Below the pieces are notes generated by a model. The model saw nothing but the letters and a program-made list of their open reading frames with translations. It was not told where the DNA came from and did not search any database. Positions 63,396 to 64,000 of a DNA stretch of 64,000 nucleotides are shown piece by piece (position 1 is the first letter of the stretch; each line of letters opens with the position of its first letter). Source of the stretch: Lingula anatina (lineage: Eukaryota > Animalia > Brachiopoda); the NCBI GenBank assembly GCA_051362555.1, contig CM120640.1, positions 19,840,001-19,904,000 of the forward strand. Reading direction: 5' to 3'. The translations under genes were made by a program, and so were the position numbers.

Positions 63396-64000
63396 ACTTC
63401 ACAGCCACAAACTTGTGTTTTTCTTAAAACCTGTTCTTTTTTTAAAGAACTGTCTGACCTGGACATTACAATCTGGCATCATGCAGACAAAATGGGGCTC
63501 AAATCTGTGAACACTACATTACTCTCAAAATCTAAATTTGCGTCGTCATTACAGACATCATTATTATACTCCAAACCTTTCTTCAGTTTTTTTGTGAATA
63601 GCACAACTACTGCTTGAACCCCCCAATGCTGTTCTGTTGTTTGACATAGGGTGGTTCCAAACCCATCTCCATTGTCTATGACCCTGACAGGCCCCATTCC
63701 CTAATCCAGGCAGTCTATTAAAAGGATTTTCTCATGCTTTCTAACTTCTTAAAAAATAATAGCATGGAGGTCTTCCGCAAATTTCTTTTTTCATAAGCTT
63801 TTATTCCAGTCGCAAAATTACAGAAATTTAAAAGGAAGTCTAACATGAAATCACTGCATGAGTCCCCCTTCTCTGCTCTAAATCATGTTGGATTGAAAAG
63901 ATTTGACAAGCATTGTAGAGTATTATCAGAATGCACAACATTGAAAGATAGTCAACCCGAAATGACCCCAGCCATTAAAAATCTTCAAACAACAATAATA

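Overview
AT-rich, intron-containing animal genomic DNA; the repeat families are consistent with a mollusc-like invertebrate, but the species cannot be determined here. By manual splice-site and phase tracing the window holds: (1) a complete 9-exon ecto-5'-nucleotidase (NT5E/CD73-like, 574 aa, minus strand), plus the first exon of a near-identical tandem copy that runs off the left edge; (2) two tandem 8-exon paralogues on the plus strand encoding type-I receptors with signal peptide, SUEL/Gal-lectin, Sushi, shortened C-type-lectin-like domain, stalk, TM helix and a tyrosine-rich tail with an ITIM-consensus motif; (3) eyes absent (Eya) on the minus strand, about 17 coding exons including a 13-nt micro-exon, whose 9.7-kb intron contains two CpG-rich promoter-like islands that may drive nested non-coding transcripts. 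Transposons include a decayed Tc1 element carrying a self-nested non-autonomous element with two 6-bp TSDs, a Ginger-like element, Harbinger-like and 5-bp-TSD MITEs, and Helentron/HINE-like elements with a ~161-bp tandem array. No database searches were run.
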